Notes: generated by a model not told the origin, from the sequence alone. A DNA stretch of 64,000 nt from Patescibacteria group bacterium (GCA_965660445.1 CBFIAK010000001.1:544001-608000), one strand, 5' to 3'. Positions 1 to 11,246 are shown, counted from the first letter of the stretch. A program made the numbers and translations.

Positions 1-25
1 ACTATTTTTTTCATATAAATATATT

Positions 26-52
26 AAAAAGACACCTGTAGTATAGGTGTCT
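26..52 (-). terminator. Probable intrinsic terminator downstream of rpmG
   Basis: Inverted repeat AGACACCT..AGGTGTCT followed by a T-run on the minus strand. Confidence 0.55.
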
Positions 53-90
53 GATAATATTTTCGCAAACAAAAGTAAAAAGAGAAGCCT

Positions 91-300
91 TTACTTATTT
101 TGTGACCGAGAAATTTGTTTTGCTTTGTGGATAGTGTGTTTTCGAAGTTTTGGACAATATTTTTTGACTTCAAATTCTTTTGGATTTTGATTTTGTGTAT
201 TGATCAAAATTTTATAGTTTTCAATCCTTTTTCCAAGAGTTTCCATACATTCAGTGCAGTAGAGTGAGAAAAATGCGCGTTTTTTAGTTGCTCGAGCCAT
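91..300 (-). CDS. rpmG: 50S ribosomal protein L33
   Basis: 69 aa basic protein; LYCTEC...ENY...KKYCPKLRKHTIHK matches the L33 pattern. Confidence 0.92.
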   Translation of the reverse strand: MARATKKRAFFSLYCTECMETLGKRIENYKILINTQNQNPKEFEVKKYCPKLRKHTIHKAKQISRSQNK

Positions 301-378
301 GAGAAAAATTTAATTATTATAAATGCCACGAAATTTTAATAGCTTTTTTGTCTTTGTCAAATAAGAATGATATGCATT

Positions 379-1800
379 TTATGATGCGTTTCTGCGTTTT
401 AAGACCACTATAATGCTCTTAAAAAAGATAATAAGGTCGAGCCACAGACTCCAGTTTTTAACATAAAAAAGTTCATATTCCATCTCTTCTTGAAAAGTGA
501 GGGCTGATCGTCCATTGATTTGAGAGAACCCAGTTATTCCTGGTTTAATACAGAGGACTCGTAAATCATTTTTTCCATATTTATCGATTTCCCCTGGTAG
601 ATGCGGACGAGGACCGATAAGGCTCATATCTCCTTTGAGTACATTGAATATCTGTGGTAATTCGTCAATAGACGTCGTTCTTAAAAATTTTCCAAGTGGT
701 GTTATTCGCGGATCATTTTTTATTTTAAAGAGTACTCCGTCTTTTCGTTCATTTTTCTCCAAAAGATTCTTTTTGAGTTTTTCAGCATTTGGTATCATTG
801 ATCGAAACTTATAACAGATGAATTTCTTTCCATTTTTCCCGACTCGTTCTGATTTATAAATACAAGAAACACGTGGATTTTCTCGCCATACGAGAAAGGC
901 TGTAATAAGTAGTATTGGTGAAAGCAATATCAGTAGTAAAAATGAACAGCAGAAATCAAAAGTTTGCTTTACGATGGAACCCCATCCTTCTATACGTGTG
1001 TTGCGAAGTGTTGTAACGGGAATAGTGCCGAGTGTTGATTGTGATACGAGCGACAGATCGATACCGAGTTCATCAGGAACATATCGAAACTCTATGCCTT
1101 TTATGTGCGCTATCCGAACCCATTCAGGATTTATTGATTGAGTTGAATTATTCATAGCAACAATAATCTCATCAATATGATATTTTTGTAATACTGATTC
1201 AAATTGATGAATTGTACCAATTGATTTAATTCTGCATAAATTTGATTTCATCTGAGTGTTTTCACTGAGTGTACCGACAATATGATATCGTTTTCGTTTT
1301 TGGAGTGTTTGGATAACCATCAAGGCGATTGTTTGTGTTCCAATAACGAGCACGTTCGTTTGTCCATATCCCATTTGAATCACAATAGAATGAAGAAGTC
1401 TCAAAAATATCCGTCCGAGGATTAGTGCACATATACCCGTAATCCAAAAGGCTAAAAATACGAATCGAGAAAAGAAGAATTTCTGGAGGAAAAAGAACGT
1501 AATAATAAGAATACCTAAGCTCGAAGAAAATGACCAGAATATATAGTTGAATTCATCGAGTACTTTTGTGTCCGTACCAAACTTATATCGCCCTTGTACA
1601 CCAATTATTACAAGAAGAAAGAGGGTGATATTGAAAGCACTTTCTACAAATTCTTGAGGTGGGAATGGTGTTGGTGGATCAAGAGAAAATAACTCATAAT
1701 AATGCATTCTAAAAAGATATACACACCAAAGTGCACCAAAGATCATAAGTGCATCAATGAGAATTTTACTGATGGTATAGACAATATCGGATCGTTTCAT
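379..1800 (-). CDS. Undecaprenyl-phosphate sugar phosphotransferase (WcaJ/WbaP-like exopolysaccharide priming transferase)
   Basis: Four N-terminal TM helices, CoA-binding-like middle region, C-terminal KFRSM, DPRIT, SIDELPQ, MSLIGPRP, KPGITG motifs. Confidence 0.93.
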   Translation of the reverse strand: MKRSDIVYTISKILIDALMIFGALWCVYLFRMHYYELFSLDPPTPFPPQEFVESAFNITLFLLVIIGVQGRYKFGTDTKVLDEFNYIFWSFSSSLGILIITFFFLQKFFFSRFVFLAFWITGICALILGRIFLRLLHSIVIQMGYGQTNVLVIGTQTIALMVIQTLQKRKRYHIVGTLSENTQMKSNLCRIKSIGTIHQFESVLQKYHIDEIIVAMNNSTQSINPEWVRIAHIKGIEFRYVPDELGIDLSLVSQSTLGTIPVTTLRNTRIEGWGSIVKQTFDFCCSFLLLILLSPILLITAFLVWRENPRVSCIYKSERVGKNGKKFICYKFRSMIPNAEKLKKNLLEKNERKDGVLFKIKNDPRITPLGKFLRTTSIDELPQIFNVLKGDMSLIGPRPHLPGEIDKYGKNDLRVLCIKPGITGFSQINGRSALTFQEEMEYELFYVKNWSLWLDLIIFFKSIIVVLKRRNAS

Positions 1801-1879
1801 AACAAAAATATATTATCACAGATTCTTATATTTTGTCATGTTTTCTTTTGTAAAAATCGCTCTAATCTGTAGGTAAATT

Positions 1880-3997
1880 TTATTTCTTTTGTGTGAAAAA
1901 CTCGAGAAGATCTCCTGTTTGAAATATGAGTTCTTTGTGATGAACACGAATTCCACATTCTGTTTCTGCTTTTGCTTCATTTACTTCTTTTTGTCCGAGT
2001 TGTACACTTTCTACTTTTCCTTCTCCAATAATAGGGAAAGTAATCTCTTTTGTTTCAGGGTCTTTTGTTTCTCGTTTGAGCCGAAATTTTGATAGTTTTC
2101 GAACTAAACCTTCGCGAATATCTCCTCCTAAAACTGCCATTTTTTTATTTGATGCAAATACCGCTTTTACTTTAAATTCTCCCAGTATGGTTTCTGTTTC
2201 TTGTTGGTCTTCTCGTCCTTCGATAATATCCATTATTTTCTCAGTGAGATGATATATAACATCAAACGTAAAAACTTGAACCCCTTCTTGATCGGCTAAT
2301 TTTTCAATACGTCCAGCAGCTCCTACTTCAAATCCAACAATACAAGCATCACCAGCCTTTGCAAGCATGACATCACTATCGGATATTTCACCTACCCCTG
2401 AATGAATTATTTTCACTAAGGTTGTATCCGTTTTGAGTTTGTCAACTTCCGAACGAACGGCTTCAAGTGATCCATGGGTTGAGGTTTTGATAATAACTTT
2501 GAGCTGTTGTAGTTTATCCTCTGCAAGTTTTGCTTTCAGTGTTAAGAGTGAGAATTTTTTTCGTTTATGAAGAGAGTCTTCATGATGAATTGATTGAACT
2601 TCTTCTGCTTTTTTTCGAGCCAGTTTTTCACTTTTCATAATTTGTAATATATCTCCTACCTGTGGAAGTCGTGAAATACCTGTTATTTGTACTGGAGTGG
2701 ATGGAGGTGCGGCGAGAACATCTTTCCCTGCAAAGTTTTTCATCGTTCTGATTTTTCCATGTTGATCATAGATAACAAATGCATCACCTTTTTTCATAGT
2801 TCCTGCATTTATAAGAACAGTGGCGGTTACTCCGCTGAAAGGATTTATTGAACATTCAATAATGGTTCCAATTGCATTTCTGTTGGGATTACTCTTGAGC
2901 TCTTGGAGCTCAGCCGTTATTTTAATAGCTTCTAAAAGACTATCTATACCCTGACCAGTATGAGCAGATACTGGTATACAAGGAGTATCGCCCCCCCAAT
3001 CATCACTCAACAAATCATGTTCAGCAAGTTGTTTTTTTACCATATCTGGATTGGCTCCATCTAAGTCCATTTTATTGATTGCCACAATAATAGGAATATC
3101 TGCTTCTTTGGCATGATCAATAGCTTCTATTGATTGTGGTTTAAGCCCTTCTGTAGCAGCAACAACAAGGATGGCAATGTCCGTTGCTTTTGCTCCTCGC
3201 GCACGCATTAAAGTGAAAGCTTCATGTCCAGGGGTATCCAAAAAAGTAATAAGACTTTTGTCAGGGAGTTCAACTTGATATGCTCCGATACTCTGGGTAA
3301 TGCCACCCGCTTCACTGTCAACAACTCGTGATTGTCGAATATAATCAAGAATTGATGTTTTTCCGTGATCAACGTGCCCCATAATAGAAACAACTGGTGG
3401 ACGTGGTTGAAGATGTTCACTCTCTTCATCTTGTAAGATTCGAGAAAGATCGGCACGAAAAAGATCTTCTCCAGATAATTGTATGGCTTCTTTTTTTACT
3501 TTTATATCAAGTTCTTGTGCGATGATAGCCGCTGTATCATAGTCGATTTCTTGTTTTAAGTTTGCAATAATCCCATTTTGTTTGAGTTTTACAAGAATAA
3601 TGGGGATTGGTTTTGAAATAGCTAAAGCGAGTTCACGAACAGTCATTGCATCCGGAAGAATGATTGTTCCGTCATCAGTTTTCTTTATGATTGGTTGAGC
3701 TGGTTCTTCAGGTGTATCTGATTCGTCTTTTTCTTTCTTTTTTCGAGTTGTTTTTTTTTGCCCAGCGGTTTGTTTCTGTTGTTTTTCAATGATTTCTCGA
3801 TCAAGTTCTTCTTCAACTTCATAAGCGGCTTGTTTTACTACATCACCTTGTTCGATGTTTCGAATTTCTTGTGCAATATCATCTGGCACAATAGAATCTT
3901 CTTCTAAATTATGAAGATCAAATTCTATAGCATGGAGTATAACCGCTTCTGGAGCGATTTCGAGTTGTTTTGCGAGCTGTAAAACGGTGAGTGACAT
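1880..3997 (-). CDS. infB: Translation initiation factor IF-2
   Basis: [26 protein letters not shown] GTPase motifs; start placed at ATG 3997 (MSLTV) rather than 4036. Confidence 0.97.
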   Translation of the reverse strand: MSLTVLQLAKQLEIAPEAVILHAIEFDLHNLEEDSIVPDDIAQEIRNIEQGDVVKQAAYEVEEELDREIIEKQQKQTAGQKKTTRKKKEKDESDTPEEPAQPIIKKTDDGTIILPDAMTVRELALAISKPIPIILVKLKQNGIIANLKQEIDYDTAAIIAQELDIKVKKEAIQLSGEDLFRADLSRILQDEESEHLQPRPPVVSIMGHVDHGKTSILDYIRQSRVVDSEAGGITQSIGAYQVELPDKSLITFLDTPGHEAFTLMRARGAKATDIAILVVAATEGLKPQSIEAIDHAKEADIPIIVAINKMDLDGANPDMVKKQLAEHDLLSDDWGGDTPCIPVSAHTGQGIDSLLEAIKITAELQELKSNPNRNAIGTIIECSINPFSGVTATVLINAGTMKKGDAFVIYDQHGKIRTMKNFAGKDVLAAPPSTPVQITGISRLPQVGDILQIMKSEKLARKKAEEVQSIHHEDSLHKRKKFSLLTLKAKLAEDKLQQLKVIIKTSTHGSLEAVRSEVDKLKTDTTLVKIIHSGVGEISDSDVMLAKAGDACIVGFEVGAAGRIEKLADQEGVQVFTFDVIYHLTEKIMDIIEGREDQQETETILGEFKVKAVFASNKKMAVLGGDIREGLVRKLSKFRLKRETKDPETKEITFPIIGEGKVESVQLGQKEVNEAKAETECGIRVHHKELIFQTGDLLEFFTQKK

Positions 3998-4080
3998 ACG
4001 TATAAAGTGTTGCAACTGTACAGAAAAAGAAAACAAATGTCTAATTTTTCTTTTTCTGAAACAAGAAAAGAGTGAAGACT

Positions 4081-5493
4081 CTATTCAATGGTTAAGAGAA
4101 TGCTTCTCATAGCGTCTCGATATGTTACAGGACCTATGAATTGAAAATAAGAGTTATTATTTCGAGGAAAAGTTATAGTAAGTGTTTCACCTGAAAGTTT
4201 TTCAGATACAGTTTTTTCAGGGTTTTGAGATGCAATACTTTCAAGGAAGAAATCAACATCATTTTCATTTTGAATTTCTTGGTCAGCAAAACCAATACGG
4301 AAAAGTTTTGCGTCTTGTGGTCCAAAGTTTCGAAACCAGAACCCATAAGGCACTTGAAGATTAATATTGTAATAACTGCTGCCGTAAGAGAACGCTCTAT
4401 CATCGATAATATTTTTGAAATCATTCGTAAAGAGATCGGGATCAAGAGTTATATTCTCTGATGATTGCGATGTTTCTGGTTGTGTGAGTAGGTCCGTGTT
4501 ATTTGTTGTTTGTGGGGTTTCTTCTTTTCTTTCGGATGCATATTTAGCAGCTAAGTCTAGCACATTACTTGGTTGGTCTTGTGTATTTCCTGTTTCTGAT
4601 GGTTCCGTGTTATTGTTGTTTTCTAATTCAGAATCTTCTTCTGATTCAATAGATGAATCTTCGGTTTGCGTTTCGGATTGATCGGGTGTTTGCGCAAGAA
4701 GTTTCGATGCTTCTCGTTCGGCTTGAGCTCTTTTTTCATGAGCAATAACTTGTGCAACTTGTTCTTGTCCCTCAATAAATGAATTAATAAGGAGTAAAAA
4801 TTCTTTTTGTTGGATGTTGTTTCCAGAGAATGAGAATGTATATTTATTAATGGGTGTTGTTTTTGAGAAGAGTTGAATTTGTTGGTGTTCTCGGTCACTT
4901 GCTTCTGACGGAGTAATAGTTCTTACTCCCGAAAGCCCCGCAATGGATATATTGGGTTGAATATTTTCATCTTTTTTGGTTTTTGCTTCTACAGAGAAAG
5001 TCAAAAAAGTTTTTCGTTGTGAATCATTTTTCTCTGTAAAGTACGCTATTCCATCTGGAGAAAGGGAGTATTCCCATGAGTAAGGGTATACAAATGTGAA
5101 GTTTTGAGTTGTAAACCGACTTTCGGTTGGCGTTTCAATATCTTGTGTTGCGTCATTATTTTGTAATCGAATAGCTTCTACAAAAAATATTTCTTGCATT
5201 TTTTCTTTTCGCCAATATCCGTCAATTTCAACGACTTGTGATTCAAATTGTTGAAGATTTACAATATCAGAATAGAGATAGGCAATAAGTTTTCCATCTA
5301 TATTTGCGAGTCTGTGGGTGGCACGTGTCGATATAGAAACCGAAAACGGATAAATTTCTCCATCAAGAGTAATAGTGCTTTCTTGTGAGAGTGTTTGGAG
5401 AGGTGATATTGGCTTTTCTGGTGGAGTGAGTGTACACGCTGTCAGTCCGAGTGTGAGCGTAATAATACAAAGAGCAATAAAGGATGATCTCAT
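4081..5493 (-). CDS. Putative lipoprotein, function unknown
   Basis: Signal peptide with lipobox LGLTAC; acidic low-complexity linker; PsbP-like-looking segments (FTFVYPYSW, INLQVPYGFW). Confidence 0.7.
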   Translation of the reverse strand: MRSSFIALCIITLTLGLTACTLTPPEKPISPLQTLSQESTITLDGEIYPFSVSISTRATHRLANIDGKLIAYLYSDIVNLQQFESQVVEIDGYWRKEKMQEIFFVEAIRLQNNDATQDIETPTESRFTTQNFTFVYPYSWEYSLSPDGIAYFTEKNDSQRKTFLTFSVEAKTKKDENIQPNISIAGLSGVRTITPSEASDREHQQIQLFSKTTPINKYTFSFSGNNIQQKEFLLLINSFIEGQEQVAQVIAHEKRAQAEREASKLLAQTPDQSETQTEDSSIESEEDSELENNNNTEPSETGNTQDQPSNVLDLAAKYASERKEETPQTTNNTDLLTQPETSQSSENITLDPDLFTNDFKNIIDDRAFSYGSSYYNINLQVPYGFWFRNFGPQDAKLFRIGFADQEIQNENDVDFFLESIASQNPEKTVSEKLSGETLTITFPRNNNSYFQFIGPVTYRDAMRSILLTIE

Positions 5494-6080
5494 GAAAATG
5501 AAGAGAGGAATTAAAAAAAGTACAGAACAATGCTTATAGTAAGAGAATGGTTAAAAAAATCAATAGAGGTTTCTTTTGAGTGTCTGATTCTCTTTTTTTG
5601 TGAATACTTTTTTTATTATTTCTTATATTTTTTTCTTATATTTTCATTGTTTTTTTTAAATTTATTGCTCTTTTTGTTCACAAAATGTGTTCTTTTTTTT
5701 ATTGAATATATATTGTATTCAGTTTTTTTGTTTTTTTCTTTCTTAGACTTTGTTTTTTGTATGTTTATTTTTTAAAATAATTATTGATTTGTTTTGTTTT
5801 TATTGTATATGTATACATAATAATGTTTATTTTTGTTTCTTTTTTGAATACAATTCTTGTTTTTTGAAAAAAAAATATTCCTTATTCAAAAACGTTTCTA
5901 TTTTGTATGGAGCTATAAAGTCGTTCACAAAAATAGAACAAAGCTTGTTATAGAGCGAAAAAAAGTTGCACAAATCACATCTCTTTGCTACCGTGTGAGT
6001 ACGTGAAAAGAAATACAACGAATAGCTTAATATTCTTTATTCTTTTCTCATCTTTCTAAACATTATCTGGTTTAATTCTT

Positions 6081-7310
6081 ATGGCACATCCAAAAACATT
6101 TGTCGCTCTTGATGTCGGGTCTTCAAAAATACGAACCGTTGTTGGTGTCGTAGAAGATAAAAAAAACGTAGTGAATATAATAGGTATTGGAATTTCTCCG
6201 TCTAACGGAGTTCGGAAAGGAATGATTACTGATATTGAAGAAGCCGTATCAAATATTACCGCCAGTTTGGAAGACGCAGAGCGTATGAGTGGTGAACATA
6301 TTCATCGAGTTTTTGTCGGTTTTTCCGGTCCACATATTGAGACATTTGATTCAAGAGGCGTTATTGCTATTAACAATCCAAACTCTGAAATTACAGAAGA
6401 TGATGTCGACCGAGTACTTGAAGCGGCTCGTGCGGTTTCGCTTCCTTCGAATAGAGAAATTCTACGAATTATTCCGAAAAGTTTTGGTATTGATTCCCAG
6501 CAAGGTATTAAGTATCCAGTTGGTATGACGGGAATTCGATTAGAAGTACAAGCGCATATTATTTCAAGTATGAATGCGTCTATTCGAAATTTAGAAAAGT
6601 GTCTCAATGAAACGGGCGTTGATATTGAAGAAATCCTTCCTTCTTCGCTTGCTTGTGTTGAAGCTGTATTAGATAAAAAACAAAAAGAATTAGGAGTACT
6701 TTTGGTAGAAGTTGGTGCTTGTTCAACGAACATTGCTTTGTATGAAGAGGGGTCTATTATTCATTCGGCGGTTATTCCTGTGGGAGGAGAGCATGTGACG
6801 AACGATTTAGCTATTGGCCTTCGATCATCTATTGAGACAGCTGAACGAGTAAAAATTGAATATGGAACATGTATTCCTGATGATGTCAGTGATCGAGAAG
6901 ATATTGATTTATCAGAGATTTCAAAAATAGATAATCATACCGTCCAAAAGAAAGAAGTTTCAAAAATTATTGAAGCTCGTTATCATGAAATATTTATGAT
7001 GATTCGTGATGAATTACATAAAGTTGGTCGTGATGGTATGCTCCCAGCGGGAGCAGTTCTTTGTGGGGGGGCTGTGAAAATACCAGGAATGGTGGATTTG
7101 GCTCGAGATTGTTTACAATTACCAGTTCAAATTGGATCACCTCGAAACATTGAAGGTATTATTGATCGTATTGATGATCCAAGCTTTATGAGTGTTATTG
7201 GATTACTTCATTTTGGACATCGGTATGGTTCCGTGCCTCCATTTTTCCAGTTTGACTTTAAAAATATATTTTCATCATTTGGTGGATTTCTTAAAAAACT
7301 TATTCCGTAA
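6081..7310 (+). CDS. ftsA: Cell division protein FtsA
   Basis: ALDVGSSKI, GVRKG, PVGMTGIRLE, GGEHVTNDLA, AERVKIEYG motifs; C-terminal amphipathic helix. Confidence 0.97.
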   Translation: MAHPKTFVALDVGSSKIRTVVGVVEDKKNVVNIIGIGISPSNGVRKGMITDIEEAVSNITASLEDAERMSGEHIHRVFVGFSGPHIETFDSRGVIAINNPNSEITEDDVDRVLEAARAVSLPSNREILRIIPKSFGIDSQQGIKYPVGMTGIRLEVQAHIISSMNASIRNLEKCLNETGVDIEEILPSSLACVEAVLDKKQKELGVLLVEVGACSTNIALYEEGSIIHSAVIPVGGEHVTNDLAIGLRSSIETAERVKIEYGTCIPDDVSDREDIDLSEISKIDNHTVQKKEVSKIIEARYHEIFMMIRDELHKVGRDGMLPAGAVLCGGAVKIPGMVDLARDCLQLPVQIGSPRNIEGIIDRIDDPSFMSVIGLLHFGHRYGSVPPFFQFDFKNIFSSFGGFLKKLIP

Positions 7311-7353
7311 GCAAGATTTGTTTACACCTACTTTTTAACCTTCATTTTACAGT

Positions 7354-8520
7354 ATGAAAAAAGACTTACTTCAATCGGCAATGATAGCACAAAAATCAGA
7401 AAAACAAAATAATGCAAAAGTTGCAGATACTATGGCAAGAGCACAAGATTCAACACCAAGTATTCACGGTCAAGCAATTATAAAAGTAATTGGTGTTGGA
7501 GGTGGTGGTGGAAATGCCATTAACCGAATGGTCAATTCAGATTTTTCAAATGTTGAATTTATTTCTGTAAATACTGATGCTCAAGCTTTGTATCATAATA
7601 AAGCAGAGGAAAAAATACATATTGGAAAAGATACAACTCGTGGACTTGGGGCGGGGGCAAATCCTGATTTAGGAAAAACAGCCGCAGAGGAATCAATGGA
7701 AGAATTAAAATCTATCTTAAAAGGATCGGATATGGTGTTTGTGACTTGTGGGTTAGGAGGTGGAACCGGGACAGGAGCAGCACCAGTTATTGCTCAAATT
7801 TCACGAGAACTAGGAGCTTTGACTATTGGTGTGGTAACAAAACCATTTTCTTTTGAAGGACCGCAACGAATGAAAAAGGCATTAGAAGGATATGAACAAA
7901 TGAAAAAGCATGTTGATACACTTATTATGATTCCAAATGATAGAATTCTTTCAATTATTGATCGAAAAACGCCACTTAATGATGCATTTTCAGTTGTTGA
8001 TGAGGTTTTACGACAAGGAGTACAGGGTTTAGCTGATCTTATAACGCTTCATGGACTTGTAAATGTAGATTTTGCTGATATTCGAGCCATTATGAAAGAT
8101 GCTGGAACGGCTCTTATGGGAATTGGATATGGCGCTGGTGAAGATCGAGCAAAAGAAGCCGCAAAAGCAGCCATTGAATCTCCGCTTTTAGATCAATCTA
8201 TTAAAGGAGCAAAAGGAATTTTATTTAATATTACGGGGGGGCATGACTTATCAATGTATGAACTTGATGAAGCTGCAAAACTCATCACGGAAGCAGCAGA
8301 TCCTGAAGCAAATGTTATTTTTGGAGCGGTTATTAATGATAATTATGAAGGAGAAATGAAAATTACAGTTGTCGCCACTGGATTTTCAGAAACAGAAAGT
8401 AAAAAACCAGGTCATTCAACATTAATGAGACAGGCTTTTGGTGGAGGTATGGAAGAGAAGAAATCTTCTGGAAACGATTTAGATACCCCTGCTTTTATTC
8501 GAAACAAGTTTCGAAAATAA
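7354..8520 (+). CDS. ftsZ: Cell division protein FtsZ (exact start uncertain; several in-frame ATGs)
   Basis: [27 protein letters not shown] tubulin signature, NVDFAD, C-terminal LDTPAFIR peptide. Confidence 0.98.
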   Translation: MKKDLLQSAMIAQKSEKQNNAKVADTMARAQDSTPSIHGQAIIKVIGVGGGGGNAINRMVNSDFSNVEFISVNTDAQALYHNKAEEKIHIGKDTTRGLGAGANPDLGKTAAEESMEELKSILKGSDMVFVTCGLGGGTGTGAAPVIAQISRELGALTIGVVTKPFSFEGPQRMKKALEGYEQMKKHVDTLIMIPNDRILSIIDRKTPLNDAFSVVDEVLRQGVQGLADLITLHGLVNVDFADIRAIMKDAGTALMGIGYGAGEDRAKEAAKAAIESPLLDQSIKGAKGILFNITGGHDLSMYELDEAAKLITEAADPEANVIFGAVINDNYEGEMKITVVATGFSETESKKPGHSTLMRQAFGGGMEEKKSSGNDLDTPAFIRNKFRK

Positions 8521-8547
8521 TTCTTCTTTTGAACAAAAATAGTATAC

Positions 8548-8580
8548 ACACTTCGTTGTTTTTCAACGGAGTGTTTTTTT
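8548..8580 (+). terminator. Intrinsic terminator after ftsZ
   Basis: ACACTTCGTTG/CAACGGAGTGT stem followed by a T-run. Confidence 0.8.
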
Positions 8581-8641
8581 ACGAAGCATGTTTTTGTAAA
8601 TGACTTGAGTATTCCCTCATAATAGGTAGAGTTATGGTATT

Positions 8642-9739
8642 ATGACGAAAAGTGATATACTGGGGCAATGGAATGTTTTACACGATCGGTTTTCTCAATT
8701 GAAGCCAGATTTAGCCTTTGAAGAAAAACAGCAATTATTAAAATCATATGATCAACAAATACAGAAAGAAGATTTTTGGAATCAGTCATCAAAAGCACAA
8801 AAAATAGTACAAGAACGTGCACGTTTGAATCGTTTCGTGTCTTTATGGCAATCAATAGAACAGGATATAAAAGATTTAGGGGATATGATTCTTCTGGCGG
8901 ATGAGTCAGAAATGAGTTTTTTTTCTTTAGAGTTAGAGGCGCTTATGAGTCGTTTTGAAAAGGGAGAAGGTGAGCTTCTTTTATCAGGCGTGTATGATGC
9001 AGGAAATGCGCTTCTGTCATTTTATGTTGGAACAGGTGGTCAAGATGCTGAAGATTTTTGTGGAATGCTTTTTCGGCTCTATACTCGATATGCAGAAGAA
9101 CAAGGATGGCATATTCATATTTTAGATGAATCTTGGTCAGATGATGGATTGAAATCAGCTACTATAGAGGTAAAAGGGGAGTATGCATATGGAAAACTTT
9201 CGTGTGAACAAGGGGTACATCGTCTTATTCGATTATCACCATTTAATGCAAAAAGTTTAAGACAAACATCGTTTGCACGTATAGAAGTGTTGCCAGAGAT
9301 TGATGAAGAAGAAATTATCATTGAGGATAGTGATTTGCGTATTGATGTATTTCGATCATCAGGAAGTGGTGGACAATCGGTAAATACAACTGACTCTGCA
9401 GTTCGTATTACTTATTTGCCACTCAATATTGTTGTGACGTGTCAGAACGAGAAATCACAATTACAAAACAAAGAATCAGCATTGAAAGTATTAAGAGCCA
9501 AGTTAGCCCAAAGAGCATTAGAGGAAAAAGAACAAAAAAGAAGAATTTTGCGAGGTGATGTAGGGGAAAACTCTTTTGGATCACAAATAAGAACCTATAC
9601 ACTTCATCCGTATAAACTCGTAAAGGATCATCGAACTGATATAGAACATAATAATCCAGAAAAAGTATTTGATGGAGAAATCGATGGCTTTATAGATGCC
9701 TATCTTCACAAACGAGTACAACCTAATATATCATCATAA
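8642..9739 (+). CDS. prfB: Peptide chain release factor 2, single uninterrupted frame
   Basis: SPF stop-recognition motif (RLSPFNA), GGQ motif, FGSQIRTY. Confidence 0.96.
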   Translation: MTKSDILGQWNVLHDRFSQLKPDLAFEEKQQLLKSYDQQIQKEDFWNQSSKAQKIVQERARLNRFVSLWQSIEQDIKDLGDMILLADESEMSFFSLELEALMSRFEKGEGELLLSGVYDAGNALLSFYVGTGGQDAEDFCGMLFRLYTRYAEEQGWHIHILDESWSDDGLKSATIEVKGEYAYGKLSCEQGVHRLIRLSPFNAKSLRQTSFARIEVLPEIDEEEIIIEDSDLRIDVFRSSGSGGQSVNTTDSAVRITYLPLNIVVTCQNEKSQLQNKESALKVLRAKLAQRALEEKEQKRRILRGDVGENSFGSQIRTYTLHPYKLVKDHRTDIEHNNPEKVFDGEIDGFIDAYLHKRVQPNISS

Positions 9740-9745
9740 TTCATT

Positions 9746-10513
9746 ATGGAATCTCTTTTTTCATCTCTGTTTTTAGGATTTATTCAAGGCATTACAGAAT
9801 TTCTTCCTGTTTCTTCGAGTGGTCACTTGTTTTTATTACAATCTCTTTTTGATCAAGAACCGAGTATTTCTTTTATGGTTTTTTTGCATGGGGCGAGTTT
9901 GCTTGCGGTCTGTATTTATTTTTGGAGAGATATTTTCTCTATAGTTCAAAAAATGTGTTCAATTAAGGAGATAAAAAAAGATTCATTTGGCTGGAAATTA
10001 GTGTTTTCAACGATTTGCACGGTTCCAGTTGCTCTTTTTTTAGAACCCTTCTTTGATTCTTTGTTCAGTATTCAGCTGGTTGCATGGACGCTTTTGTGTA
10101 CTGCGGGGTTTGTGTTTTTTTCTTCTTTCTATAACCATAAAACATCCCCATTATCTGAATTAGGATGGTCTCATGCTTTTTATCTTGGTATTGTACAAGG
10201 ACTAGCTGTTTTTCCAGGTATATCCCGATCAGGGATAACGATTGCTTTCCTCTTGCTATTAGGAATGCGGAAAGAAGCGTCGGCACGTATTTCTTTTTTA
10301 TTAGCTATTCCAACTATATTAGGGGCCTTAATTTTTTCTTGGTCTGATATTCGATTAGAAATGAATATATGGATTGGATTGAGTTTTCTTATTTCCGCAA
10401 TTTCATCTTGGCTTATTATTTGGGGGATGATGAAGACACTTCATCGTTATTGGATATGGAGTGGTATTTACTGCTTATTCCTTGGTTTTTTTCTGCTTTT
10501 CTTTATAGCATAA
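9746..10513 (+). CDS. uppP: Undecaprenyl-diphosphate phosphatase (BacA/UppP)
   Basis: QGITEFLPVSSSGH and PGISRSGITI motifs; multi-pass membrane protein. Confidence 0.95.
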   Translation: MESLFSSLFLGFIQGITEFLPVSSSGHLFLLQSLFDQEPSISFMVFLHGASLLAVCIYFWRDIFSIVQKMCSIKEIKKDSFGWKLVFSTICTVPVALFLEPFFDSLFSIQLVAWTLLCTAGFVFFSSFYNHKTSPLSELGWSHAFYLGIVQGLAVFPGISRSGITIAFLLLLGMRKEASARISFLLAIPTILGALIFSWSDIRLEMNIWIGLSFLISAISSWLIIWGMMKTLHRYWIWSGIYCLFLGFFLLFFIA

Positions 10514-10518
10514 AAAAA

Positions 10519-10544
10519 GTACGAAAATAATTCTATTTTCGTAC
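10519..10544. terminator. Hairpin between convergent genes, probable terminator
   Basis: GTACGAAAATA/TATTTTCGTAC perfect stem with a preceding A-run. Confidence 0.6.
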
Positions 10545-10558
10545 AGAGTGCGTTTCTT

Positions 10559-10762
10559 TTATTTATTCATTATTTTTTGAGAGAATTGTTTCCATAGTGA
10601 TTGTAAATCAATATGAAGCCATTCATACCCTATAAAGATAAGAACGAGAATCCATGTTGCAAAAGCTATTATCCATAAAACCATAAAAACAGCGATAATA
10701 ATGGATATAAAAGCAAGGATATACCAAAGCGTTCTTCCGAAGAAGAGAAATAGTTGTTTCAT
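10559..10762 (-). CDS. Small membrane protein, unknown function
   Basis: 67 aa with a long hydrophobic stretch; AAGGAG 7 nt upstream of the ATG. Confidence 0.6.
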   Translation of the reverse strand: MKQLFLFFGRTLWYILAFISIIIAVFMVLWIIAFATWILVLIFIGYEWLHIDLQSLWKQFSQKIMNK

Positions 10763-10883
10763 TATGAAACTCCTTTTTTGAGAGTGAATGAGATTGAAAA
10801 AAAGAACAAATACATAATTAAATTTTTTAAAAGATGTGTCAATTTTTTTTACACTTTATCATTCTTATGCTATAGAAAAGGTA

Positions 10884-11198
10884 ATGAGTTTTAAACCCTT
10901 GCATTCACTTCTCTCTTGTGTGACAAAAAAATATGGGATTGAAAAACAAGCATTTGCTGGGGGAGTGTGTCAATATACGCGTCATATAATAGAAACTCAT
11001 TATCCACAGTATAAAGAAACATGGATTCCGAAAAAAATAGAAGAAAAAACACTTTATATCCAGACTCCAGATTCAGTATCAGCTTCAGCCTTATATCTTA
11101 AAATACATCATATTCTTGAATGCGTAAAAGAACGATATGTTGTCATTGAGCACATACAAATTATTCGTTCTCGAAAAGAGTTAGAGAGTGATGTATAA
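10884..11198 (+). CDS. DUF721/DciA-like protein
   Basis: MSFKPLHSLL start and KTLYIQTPDSVSASALYL pattern typical of DUF721; start moved to ATG 10884. Confidence 0.65.
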   Translation: MSFKPLHSLLSCVTKKYGIEKQAFAGGVCQYTRHIIETHYPQYKETWIPKKIEEKTLYIQTPDSVSASALYLKIHHILECVKERYVVIEHIQIIRSRKELESDV

Positions 11199-11229
11199 AA
11201 AAAATAATGCCCAGGGCATTATTTTTTTT
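11197..11229. terminator. Bidirectional terminator
   Basis: AAAAAAAATAATGCCC-A-GGGCATTATTTTTTTT palindrome between convergent genes. Confidence 0.75.
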
Positions 11230-11246
11230 ATACTTTTTGCTGAAAA

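Noticed and set aside
5530-6018. Phe-rich short ORFs
   Set aside because: Artefacts of T-tract low complexity with no supporting signals
5494-6080. Replication origin at the strand switch before ftsA
   Set aside because: No perfect TTATCCACA boxes seen and no dnaA nearby; minus-strand genes on both sides (infB, nusA) look similarly C-rich at third positions by eye, so no skew inversion is evident
8668-8721. CTTTGA in prfB closing a short alternative-frame ORF, resembling the frameshift site
   Set aside because: It lies downstream of the homologous position, is followed by A rather than C, has no internal SD, and the main frame is already open from 8642
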